DNA of 64,000 nucleotides from Entomortierella parvispora E1425 (Eukaryota > Fungi > Mortierellomycota): assembly GCA_020891255.1 (NCBI GenBank), contig BQFW01000002.1, positions 2,480,001 through 2,544,000 of the forward strand. Direction: 5' to 3'. The translations under genes were made by a program, and so were the position numbers. A model generated the notes under the pieces. That model had not been told where the DNA came from, did not search any database, and worked only from the letters and a program-made list of their open reading frames with translations. Positions within the stretch are counted from its first letter, which is position 1; each line of letters begins with the position of its first letter. Positions 21,114 through 33,200 of this stretch are shown piece by piece.

Positions 21114-22121
21114 TACTGAACTTGGAGCCGACACGACATTCCATGATATCCAGTGCCTCTGTGCAGTGGTTGACCTCGACTGGCTACATGAATGTTTATC
21201 CAAATGGGATTGCTTTACATGAGCGTGTCACTCCTTGTTTTTCGCTGCCCGACAAACCTTACTGATACCAATTTTTTCCTCTGTTGTCTTTGTTTCGCCA
21301 AGGAAGGTGATCGAATCATCGACTTTAGAACCAACAGAGGGCCGATGACAGGAAAAAAAAAGCCAAAGCAGCGGCAAGGCGAAGCGGGCTGTGTGTGTGA
21401 TCGACAATAGCCTACCATGGACACAAAGGGGCAGCGCGGGTCGCTTTTGACTGTGGTCTCAACTCGCTCGAAGATTTTCACTCTGGGCCACAACAGCACC
21501 CCTCGATTTTCGTACCCTGCACCCAACAGGATAAAATGAATGGAGTATCTTTTCTTCTTTGTTCTTAGGTCATGCCCAAGAGCAGTTTCCCCCAACACCA
21601 ACGCCACTGGAATATCGAGAGCATCCTTGAACCACAAATGACAATCAGATCTCTGTGAAAATAACTTCAGCGCTTCAGTGCGAGTTAATTTTTTTTTTTT
21701 TTTTTTTTATTGTGTAGAATGGATGTAATCAGGGAGAAGCCGATACGATGAAAAAAACTTGATGCATCGTCAACTGAACCGTCAACTCCAAAACAGCGAC
21801 GTCGCTAGGAGTGCTTCGCCGCAAATCAGCCCATTTCGTCCCAGACACGGAAAAGGTTTTTTTTTTAGTGTAACTGGGGGCGAGCAAGGGGCAGAGGCAA
21901 AGGTAAACTCCAGGCACAGTTTTCGGTAGATATGTTGCTTGTTCCTTTTCGTTCTTTTCCTTCCTTCATCACTGTCAGCTCCTATCCTTCTCTCCCCCTC
22001 AATTTTTGTCCAGTGATCTTTCACCCCATTGTCTACCAGTCTTGCAAGTACCCAAGGTGTGAGTACTCCTCAACTCCATATCACTGTTGTGACAACAAGA
22101 TGAAAGGTTGTAGATATTGAC

Positions 22122-24997
22122 ATGGCTTCTGCTTACTGCCGTATTAGGATCAACATGGCACCTTTAGCACATGATGCTCTGGAGCTTTTGGAGAAGGCGA
22201 GATCCGAAATCAAAGCTGCCCAAACCGCCAGTGGTTCTCAACGACTTTTGCACTATCGGGCTGCAAAAAAAGTCCTTGTTAGCATCGGCACAAAGGTGGT
22301 TACCGCGCCTTTGAGTGGGATGGTCATTGCCTACGAGGACCTTGCCAAGATATTTGACCACTCGGGAGATCAGAAGAGGGCCACAAAGTGCAGAAAGAGA
22401 GCAGATGCTCTAAGGTAGGCTATCTTTCTGTGTTTCGCCAACTTTGACTTGGAGGTGCATGCAGAAGGCGCTCTAACAGTACAACGGTAACGTGTTAGGC
22501 CTGCAGCCGATAAGAATACGAAGACCCTTGCAGCCACCAACTCTTCATCGCTTATCACGCCTCCAAGCAGCGCCGTGCCCACTGTGATTGGAACAACTAC
22601 TTCCACCACCAGTGCTGTGAACACCTCTCCAGCCTCTCGAGAGCTAACTCCCTCTCCCGTCTCTGTCTCGGCGGCCGCTGCCCTAGTGTCACCCCCGTCG
22701 TTCTTTAGCAAGGATATTAAAACGAAGCCCTATGTCTGTTCGTTGCCAGGACAAAACGAGCCGTTTGAAACCACCCGGCAACTCGCCTTTTGTCTCGCAC
22801 TTTTACGACCTTCAATTCAAGAGCACGACCTCTCTCCAGAGAATCTCGAATGGCGACGGAAAACCCTAGAGAACCAGGAGGAGAAGGCCCGCTTGGAGAA
22901 CTTGTCTGAACAACTAATCAAGGCATTCGCTAAGGATGTCATGAAACGTGATACTATGGTCATCGAGGTTATCCAACTGGCGCCTGTGCTCAGTAGCGAC
23001 GATTCTCGATTTCTTATCAAGACCTTTATCGATGCTGTACATCAATCACATATGCTCGATTTTCATTCATTGGAAGGATTGGCCATGGCGATTCAAGGAG
23101 CTGCCTCAGAATCATGCGACTCGGATGACCTTGTGAGAGTTCTTGGATCCCTTCACCGAAAACTTCAGTCCACTCATTCACAGAGCGATCGGTCTCGATA
23201 TCGTCTGCTGGTCACAATTTCCCATGTTTTGGATGGGATGGTGGATGCTCGTATTGGTGATGTCCAAGTTGATCTCCACGGGCCATTGACAGAGCTTCTT
23301 CGAGAGTCGGAGAAAGAGTCAGGCGACAATCCTTACCTCGCTTACCAAGCTGCGTATGCTACTCAGGCATTGCTGAATGTGTCTGATAATGAGAACATAT
23401 GGAGTGCAGGGTTCAAACGAGGGTGGCTAGTACTGAAAGGTGCTGCAGGATGCGCCGAGATGCCTGATCTGACGCAGGTAAAAGACTATCTTGACGGGTT
23501 GGAAACGCTTTATAAAGCTTTAACAGGGGGCGCTAGACTACTGAAGGATGCCGTGGATGCGATTAAGAACAACGAACGTCCCACATTCACCGTGAAGGAG
23601 GGTCTCAAGTTCAAGAGGGCCTGGTATTGGGCTGTCCGCACGGCAGAATCGTATCTTGAGATTGGAAAACTTGTAGAGTTCAAGGAACTGGTCATGACCG
23701 CGCCGTGCCGAGACCAACTCATGTTCCAGTGGGGAATCTGCCAATTGCTTAGACAGTTTGCAGCTGACACCGAATGGGATCCAGAGGCGCAACAGGACGC
23801 AATTGAATTTCTAAGAGCACTCTACAAGGACAAGGCAATTTGGGATCTCCAAGAAAAGGTCGATGAAGTTATCTTTGATGCCATTACCAGTATGGCACAA
23901 GATAATGAGGGTATGAAAATATCCATGCATCACTAGTTCATGTATACCAACCAAAGCCGGTGAAGGGTACAGCACGCTAATGCCCTAGCCCCCCCCCCCC
24001 CCCCCTTTTTTTTTTCGCCTTTCGATCTTCGTTAGCATCCAAGTCCTTCCTGGAGGAGATGAAAAAGCGGAACCCGAACCTCGAACCAACCGCCAATCTT
24101 AAACTATCGCCCTGGAAGAATATTCTACCTGTGGAACCAGCTGAAGCTTCTGCCACAAAGTCTTCTTTACTAAAGGATGTCCAAGCTCGATCTAGTCGGC
24201 ATGCCAACCTGGAGAATATACAACACCGCCTTTCACAGTCCAGTTTCGACAGTGATCACTCAACACCCAAGAGCTCCCAGGAAACAGATATTGTTAACCC
24301 TGGAACGCCGAGAAGCGAGTTGAGCTTTGTCAATCTGGCCCTTGAGGGAGCGCCGGAGAATCAAGAGAAAGAGAGGCAAGATATGAACAGGCAGATGTGC
24401 CATACTACCAAGGATGTCCCCGATGACAAAGATGTCTCCGCTGGCAATGAAGTTCCTGACGACAAGGGTGTTCCCCTATGCAAGAATACCTCCAATGAAA
24501 AGGATACTACCAAAGATCACCAGACGTCTACCGACGATGCTAACAAAAAAGAGGCTGCAAAGCAGTTTGCCGAGGGACTAAAGTTTCATGCTGGCTATGG
24601 TGTTCAAAAGAACTGTGTGATAGCCAGGAACAGGTATCTGAAAGCGAACAAGCTAGGACATGTTGATGCCCCGTGTGTTCTTGGCACGATGTACCGCGAT
24701 GGCGATGGTTTTCAGAAGGACCTCAGAAAGGCGGTGGATTGGTACTCCATAGCTGCCCAGCGAGGAAACGCTCTTGCTTACTACAACTTAGGCATGATGT
24801 ACCATAATGGAGTCGACATTTTCAAGGACTATCCAAAGGTCATGGGATGGTTCAAGAAGACTGCAGATTTAAGCCACTCTGACGACAATGGTGCTTCCCA
24901 AAACCACCAGCTTGCAATGGCGTTGTGGAAGAAAGCCGCAGATCTAGGAAATGCCGAGGCGAAGAAACGACTTGATGCGCTGCCGATAGCAGTCTAA
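22122..24997 (+). CDS. Chimeric protein: helical ARM-like N-terminal region, hexapeptide linker and ~4 Sel1 repeats
   Basis: Exons 22122(or 22155)-22414, 22499-23910 and 24036-24997 splice in frame. Helical region (TRQLAFCLALL, YLAYQAAYATQALLNV, FQWGICQLL) followed by KDVPDD-type units and LGTMYRDGDG Sel1 repeats. Confidence 0.8.
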
Positions 24998-25460
24998 ACA
25001 ATGAGTGTAACTGTCAATAAAAATATATCCCAGGCTACATTCTGGATAGGTATGTCTTGCAAAGCCTCACAGTGTCCATAGATCCTAGAGGAGATCCCTT
25101 TCTCTCGAATGTAATTGCAGATCGGCAACTCAGAATTGCATCCGAACCACTATCGCTCTCCGATTGCAGCCAAGTAAACGCAAGTCTTTGAGCGACGCCC
25201 GACGGTTGAGCGAAGACGGGCCCGTGCGAGTTTGTTCCCCTGATTTTTTTTTCTTTTTTTTTGTGAAACGACAAGAACCACAAGACAGCATGCCATTTGA
25301 AACATTTTTTCGGCCATGCCCTGGCAGCTCATGTTCGCTCTTTTTATTTCCACACTCTTTTTTTTTTTTTTTTTCCTGCTCTCTTCCCAAATTTTCAATT
25401 CCTTTTCACAAAACATATACACCTTTGGTTGACTCTCTTTCCTCTGTCCACGATACTGTC

Positions 25461-27782
25461 ATGTCGACATGCACTGTCACCAGTCCGACGCTGGTCGAGA
25501 ATAGCAACATCAGTGGTATAATCAGAGGTCATGGTGACATTGTGGGCGGACTCAAGTAAGCAAACACACGGTCAAAAGCCACTCTATTTGTCTCTTCAGT
25601 CCTGCAACATCCCTTTGAACAGTCTGTTTTCCCTCTTGTCATGAATTGGTACTCCAGTATAGTCAGTCTAGCTGAAAGAGACCCGGCCGCCCAAAACGAC
25701 ATTGGCCGAACGTATGAGAAGGGCACAGGAGTTCCACAAAGCGACATCGAGGCTATCAAGTGGTACCTGAAGGCCGCCCGCCAAGGCAACACCTCCGCTC
25801 AGAACAGCGTGGGGATCTTTTACCGTGACGGAAGAGGTGTCGAGAGAAACTACTCCACTGCAAGAGAATGGTTTGTCATAGCCGCCTACAAAGGACACGC
25901 TGCGGCCCAGTGCAATCTGGGGATGCTCTATCGCCTGGACGGCGACTATTCCAAGGCCAAGGAATGGTTTGTCGCCTCCTCCAGGCAGTCGTACGCTGAG
26001 GCTCAGTTCAATATCGGCACCATGTATTACAAAGGGTACGGGGTCCCCCAAAACTTTTTCAAAGCCATGGACTGGTATCTGAGGGCAGCCACGCGGGGGT
26101 TTCCCATGGCGCAATTCAGTATAGGCGCCATGTACGATGCAGGAGAAGGCTGCGAACAGGACCATCCTACAGCGGCGGATTGCTATCGAAGGGCGGCCGA
26201 TCGAAGATGCACCATGGCCATGTATAATTTGGGCTTTTTGTATCGACATGGCAAAGGTGTCAAGAGGAGCCATGCCAAGGCCCTGGGGTGGTTCAACAAG
26301 GCAGCAGAGTTAGACCTTCCCGAGGCTCAGTATTATGTAGGAAGGATGCACCACATTGGCGACATTGCCTCTCAGGATATCACCAAAGCCATAGAGTGGT
26401 ATCTCAAGGCGGCCAATCAAAGGCACCCCGCCGCCCAGTTCGCCCTAGGCGTCATGTACAATGATGGCGATGGCCTTCCGCAGGATTATCAGAAAGCGGC
26501 CGAGTGGTTTTTAAAATCAGCCGAGCAAGGAGTCGCGGCTGCCCAGCGCCGCGTGGGGGATATATACCTGTTGGGCAAAGGCGTTCTTCAAGATTACCAA
26601 AAGGCGATGGAGTGGTACTTGAAGGCGGCTGAACAAGGCAACCTCGACTCTCTGCGAGCCATTGGGACGATATACAAAGATGGAAAAGGTGTTCCCCAGG
26701 ACCACCAGAAGGCTAAAGAGTGGTTCTCAAGGGCCGCTGATCAGGAACACACTGCTTCTCTAGTTGCCGAGAATGCTGGGAGCGTAACGGACAGCATCTA
26801 CGAGGATGTCCCTCAGGACAACCAGAAACCCACGAAGCGTCAGTCAAGAGCAACCGATCAGGAAAACTCTGACATTCAGCATGTCAATTCAGAACAGCCT
26901 GCTGCTCACTCCAGCCTAGGTGAGATGGACTGTGATGCAATGAACATAGCTCAGGGCTCCCATGAACATGTGGAAGAGATTCTCGTCGCCGCTGACCAAG
27001 GGTTCGCAGATGCTCAGTACTGCATGGCAAAGATGTACCGATCCGGCGAAGGGGTTCCTCAGGACCATAAAATGGCCTTGGACTGGTGTATAAAGGCCGC
27101 CAACCAAGGACACGCTGGCGCCCAGTACACCGCAGGCATGATGTACAAGCGAGGTCAAGGGGCTATTCAGAACTATCAGAGTGCTGCCGAATGGTTGAAG
27201 AAAGCGGCGAGCCAAGACGACGCTGAAGCGCAATTCGAATTGGGCAAGATCTACCGGACTGGAAAGGGGGTGGACAAGGACTCTCGAAAAGCCATGGACT
27301 GGTTTTTCATGGCCGCCGATCAAGGACACACTGCGGCCCAATACACCATTGGTATGATGTACCTCAACGGCGAGGGCGTTACCCGAAGCTGTCGGCAAGC
27401 TATAGGATGGTATTTGAAGGCAGCTGGAGAGGGACACGCTGCTGCCCAGTTCAACGTGGGTCGGATGTACCTTGAAGGAGAGGGAGTTTTCCAGGACTAT
27501 CGTCTTGCGGAGGAGTGGTTCTTGAAAGCTGCCGATCAAGGACAAGTGGACGCCCAATACAACATAGGACTGATATACCAGGAGGGCCAAAAAGTGGCGC
27601 AAGATTTTGAGAAAGCAATGGAGTGGCTGTTGAAGGCTGCTGACCAAGGACATGCCGAGGCTATGTATAAGATATCGGGCATGTATCAGAGTGGTCAAGG
27701 TGTTCCCCAGGACTCGAGGAAGGGCAGAGAATGGTTCGCAAAGTTTGTCAATCAAAAACGACAGGCCGATGCGCAAAAATGA
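25461..27782 (+). CDS. Long Sel1-repeat protein E (~10 + ~8 repeats, degenerate central hinge)
   Basis: Exon 1 25461-25555 (MSTCTVTS...), phase-2 intron 25556-25657, Sel1 array to the stop at 27782. Confidence 0.9.
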
Positions 27783-28127
27783 TGAACATTTGCAGATACC
27801 AAGGGCAGACACACAGCACTTCAAATAGGAAAAAAAAAATAGTTGATGTAAATAATAGCAGATGTGCACAATAGCTTTTCCTGACCGCTCCAACAATCAC
27901 TTTTGGCAACCCTGCCTATGACAAGTGTCAATGAATGGTGTGTTCTCTCCTATTTTATTAGTTATCGGTTGATTATTGTGAAGAGAGAGAGAGAAGGGAG
28001 AAAGAGTACACTGTGTATAGGTATGATGGTATGATCTACAAATCGAGCAGACGCAATGTTATATTTCGGTGGAGGATGTCATTCCTGGCGCTGCTGCTGC
28101 GGTGTATGTGTATTTGCCCATGCGTGT

Positions 28128-31100
28128 TTACCAGCCCTCCCTTTGCCCCGATCGATGGTCCGAGTGGAAGCTATTGTGACCATTGCTGTTGACGCCACTT
28201 CCGCTGGTCCGTCTGCTATGAACTCCGCCGGTAGGCACGCCCCGGTCGCTTCCTGTACGGCTCATCCGGCGGCCTTCCAGAATAGAGCCGTCATAGGGAT
28301 AGCTTGTCGCCCCTGGTGTGACAGCAGGTGGCAATGGAGGCAGCAGAGGTGGAGCAGCGCCAAGACGAAGATTGGCAGTCATGGATGGTGAAAGTCCAGG
28401 TCCATCCTCAATACCTGATCCCGAAAATGAACGTCGTAGGAGATGAAGATTCTCCACGCTGTTTTGACCGTTCGTGTTCGATCCACTGTTGGATCCGCCT
28501 CGGCTGTGGCTGACACTATTTGACCGACTGCTGTTACCATTGTTGCCATTGTTGCTGAACACGCTACCGCTCATAGGAGCATTTCTTCCAAAGAGGCGAT
28601 AGTGAGGTGATGAGGAAGTCGATGCTGGACCTCCGTTTCCAGAAGAGGGATGGTAAGGCGATCCATGCGGCCCCATCGCTGGTGACTGTGACTGCGACCG
28701 AAGATTCATCATGGCTCCTGTGAGTGGCATCATTCCACGCTCCGTGGGTGCACTGCTAGGCAGAAAAGCGGCAGTGCCTCCTGCTCCTGGGTAAACAACA
28801 TTCGCCCCAGTTGAAAATGACTGATACTGGGTTGCAGGAGTGGATCCAGGACTGAGCTCGCTCATGATAAACAGCATGTCATCATCATCGTTCAGACTGG
28901 TGTTATCATCACGCTTCTCTTCCTGACTTGGCCGAAGCTCTTCAGACCTAGAGTCATCCTGGTCATCCTCCTCTTCGTCCTCCTCCTCTTCGTCATCGCC
29001 CTCAAACTGACCTTCACTTCGCTCGCCATGCTGATGTCCTCGTGCGTTGCTAGTAGAGGCTACGTCGTTCAGGGATTCGTTATCGTCCCCAGCTCGACTG
29101 CGAAGTCGAGGCAACGTAAAGCTCGTTCCGCTTGATCCGCTACCCAGGCGCAAAAGTCGACCGCTAGGGCGACTAGAAGTTGCACCAGAGTGGGCGGAAG
29201 ACGGGATCGGTCTAGGATCTGCTCCAGATGTAACGTTGTGTTCGGATGTCTCTCGACCAGTTTGCAATGGTGCTGAGTAACGAGATTGCTGGTGGTGAAC
29301 ATCCTCTGGGAATGAGCCAAAGGCAACCTCTGTGGGGCTTGAGATGCCAATCCTGCCCATGGCCTCGTCCATCCCAAAGATATCTTTTCCTTGGTCTAGG
29401 CTTCCGTGACGGAAAGCAATACTTCCCATGTTGGTTCCTTTACCGTGGCTACCATCTGCTCCAAGCAGCCATGAAAATCGCTTTGTAGGGGTGCTTCCTG
29501 TCCTGCTATGTCCTGAGGCATGCTGGTGCACAGACGAAGAGGACGGTCGAGTCTGTCCAGAAGACGTGAGTGGGTATAATGGCACCTCGGAATGAAGAGG
29601 AGAAGGAGTTCCAGGCTGATGAGATAAAGACTGTGAATGTCGACTAATTGCCAAGGGGATGGCTGTGCCGGTTGGACTGGTGGTGCCAATATCACTCAGA
29701 GTCGATCGCCGGCTCAAATAACCAGTCGTAATGGTCAAGTTCGAAGATCCACTAGGCCGAGAGTACGAGGATGATTGTTGCCCTTGTTCCTTTGACAGGA
29801 TTTGACTCGCAGACATGGAATCCGACAGATCTGCATTGACCTGCTTCAGCTGCTGAAATCTATCCAAGGTCGACTTTGTTTTCAATGCTGAGGAAGTGAG
29901 GCTCGACTCGCCAAATCCAAAGGATGGCCCGGTGGTGGATCCAGATGTCTTTCCAAACATTTTAAGAGGCTCGGGTGTGTCCAACATCCGAACAAATGAA
30001 CTCACATCGTCATCGTCTGGTGTGAATTGAAATAGAGACTATCAAGAAATGAATGTAAAGCCGCGTTAATAATAGAGGCCAAAATAAAAACAGCATTCTC
30101 TTCTCATATCTTACAGATGCTCCGATGATTGAACCCCGGTTGCGACCTCCTGGTAAGCTTTCACTAGAGGATCGCCTTCCATCGTGGCGATGGCTGAAAA
30201 TGGAGGCGACACGAGGTGCTGACGTCGAGGACGATGCATTACTCTTCACCGAACTTGAAAGCATCGCTGTTCCTCCCGACTGCAAGTTGGATGGTCCAAC
30301 AGATTGAGTTGGAGTAGCAGAGCCTGTCCTTTGGGTGGAGCTCAGCAGTCCTGAACCAAGCTGTGATGACTGGACACGGCTCATTGAAGAAGTCGAAGGA
30401 GAGCGACCCATTTTAATGGACGGAGGCCGAGAGGAGAGTGATGAGCTGACAGGTTCTAGATATGACGGAGAGGGTGAAGACGACAGGGAGGGTGTTTTGA
30501 ACGGCGAGAAGTTGGAAGAGAGTGGGCGCTGGCTGCCAGTCTATAAACAAAAGAAAGCGGGCCGGTTAGGTTCTCTCGTTCGAGTAAGATGGAGGGTTGT
30601 AGTTTTGGTAGAAAACGGTGGCACCTACCCCAAGTTTCAAAGGAGGGCTTTCCAGGATGGCATCGGCCCCGGTCCTTGAACCTGTCGAATTTCCGCCATG
30701 AGTAGAGAAGGGCGGCGTGCTGCCTGGGTTCTGAGCATCGATAGAGGTAAAAAGACTTCCTGGTCCGCTTGACTCCCTTCGGGTCCCTCGAGCTCCCAGA
30801 GATGATACTGAGGACTGCGACGAGGAGTACTCTCCAGATCGCTGCTGAAAGGATTGAATGCTGCTTCGTCTATGTCCCAGTGTCTGCAGCGGAGCGAATT
30901 GATCCTGATAGTTCCCAGAGTTGTACAAGTCACTGCTTGACCTCCGTGGTAGCGGCGATGGTGCCGTGGGTCGGCGCCCCTAAATGGCAAAAGAACATAG
31001 GGTTAGGCTCCTCATATGCTTAACAGGGCCCAGACTCATGTGAGCAGAAAAGTCATAAACATACATCAAAGCTTGGCCGTCCCGAGGACTTTACAGATTC

Positions 31101-33200
31101 TTGAGAGTGAGTGACAATCGTAGGTGTAAAGTAATTCTCGTCCATGTCGTTGAATCTATAGATCATTGATGCCTCCGACTCATCTACGTGGAACTCGCAA
31201 TTGCTGCGATACGTTACTTTCAAGGAGAAAGCACTAGGAGAAGGGGAAAAAAATAGGGACAATAAGGTCAGATAACCACATCAAGGCGGGCGTTGATGTC
31301 CACATTTGGCTGTATCATTGGCTGTCAAGGCAAGGAAACAACAAAAAGAAGGGGCCCCTGATTGTCATTTCAAGGATGCCTGCAGCTCTGAAAGATGTAG
31401 CCCTGGGCGAAAGTGACGTTTTTCCTTGTCCTTTCTCAGTCCACGGGAAATTCTTACCCAAGCGGTGTCTCTACTTGTCCAAATCGATATTCAGATAGAT
31501 TGGGCCTTGTCTCTCCTTCGATGAGCGGAACCTCTATCATGTGTGTGCACAAGGCAAAAGAGCAAGCGAACAAAAGAGTCAGCTGGGGTGGACAAAGTGG
31601 CTGCAGTTGGGTGGAGTGGTTGGATCATTGTGACACACAATTATGACAGTGGTCACTCCTCATTCCGAGCATGGTGGGCCTGTTGCTTGTCGTGGATAAA
31701 CAACAACAAAGCGGTCAGGGCCTTGATCGACCCTTGATCCGTCTCAGAGAGAACATCCTTACCAATTCCGATATCAGAGTCCCGAAACATGCTCTCCTCT
31801 GGCGGCTGTCCGCGACTGACGCGAAAGCCAATCTTGAGCGGGAGGTTTTGTTTCCGTAGGCGCTTGTAGAGTTGATATGCAGGCAAAAGTCGCATATAGG
31901 CATAGAGGGACCGGAAAAAGATGATTGACTTTTTGTAGACCACGGGGGGTTCTGGTGCAGGATCGGGCGGGGTATTACTGTTGTCGAGATGTTCAAGAGT
32001 TGAGACAAAGGACAGAGAGGGGTGGTTGCCATTGTTTTGTCTGGTTAGCGATGGCACGCGATGACTAGGCAACAAACAGATCAAACATATCTAATGGAAA
32101 GGACAGAGGAAGAAACGAGAGAACAGGAACAGGAGAGCAAGGAAAGGGTGAAGGATGGACTGTACCTTTGTGTAAGAGACCAAGACTCGAGGATGATGTT
32201 GCGTCGAGAGCGGCTTTGGCCGAGGGGCGTCGTTGCGGTTGAGGAGGGGCCAATCTCGACCCTCTTTCTCCTGTTGCTCTCGTCGACGAGCATGAGCATC
32301 TGGTTAGGGGCCAGCTCTGAGGTGTCAAGCAGCAGCTCGACCAGCATCGCAGGGGGAGACTCTGTGATGGCCATGGCCCTCCAGAACTTTGCATCCTCCT
32401 TATAGATGTCTAGGTCCTCGAGCTCGAGATTGAACTGCAGTAAAGTGCAGTGCAGCGCATTGCAGGTGGTGGCAAAGGCAAAGCACATAATAAAAAAAGA
32501 AAGAGGACAGACAGACAGATGAGCAGGGGGCACAGCAACCCATACAGACCATACAGACCATACAGAACCAAACAAAAAAAAAAAAAAAAAAAAAAAAAGC
32601 AGGCATGATCCCGTCCAATTCGGGGTCCAGGCACGGCACCAGTCAGATCAGGCCTGCACCAGTTCCCCCGCCGACTAAGAGTCAACTCAACCTTACCCAT
32701 TTGCTGGTCTTCCTCACCAGAGGTGCACCGCGCAGCGAACCTTTTCTCGAGACTGCACCCGCCGACGGATCCGGGTGGGTCACTCGAGCGAGGACCACAA
32801 TCTGAATGACCTTGACATAAAAGTTCTATGTACGCAGAGAGAGACGCAGCGGAAAGTAAAAAATAGAAAAAGAAAATTGAATAGATGTAAGGGAAGCGTT
32901 CAGGATCGACGCGAACACGTAGCAAAGAAAGTTGAGGCTCTCGGGAGAGGTGGACACGGGACAGGGCCAGGGATGCGAGTCATATGTATCCTCCTCTGAA
33001 CGTGTTACCTGAAGGATGTGATCGGCCTTTTGGTTCCTCGGTGGTGGTGGCGGTTGCTGCGGCTGGGAGGCCTGCGCCTGGTGAGGCGGCCGTAGTTGCA
33101 GCTGCTGTTGTGAATGTGAATGGGCTTGTGCAAAGGCAGAGAAAAGGGCGGGTGAGTCGGGTCGGGATGAAGAGGAGCTGCTGGAGCGTCGACTTGACAT
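28128..33200 (-). CDS. ATG13: Autophagy protein Atg13 (HORMA domain plus long disordered Ser-rich tail; multi-exon, 3' end approximate)
   Basis: Spliced N-terminus KADHILQ|NFYVKVIQIVVLAR...KW|FNLELED...MLVELLLDTSEL...IILESWSL, then PVVYKKSIIFFRSLYAYMRLLPAYQLYKRL, the characteristic Atg13 HORMA motifs. Confidence 0.9.

Noticed and set aside
21215-21637. 140-aa minus-strand ORF
   Set aside because: No recognisable motif, non-ATG start, runs into A-tracts; no support as a gene.
4565-27782. Calling the SLR genes SEL1L/HRD3 or chitin synthase activator CHS4/SKT5
   Set aside because: No signal peptide, TM anchor or CaaX end, and multiple fast-evolving paralogs; no gene symbol assigned.
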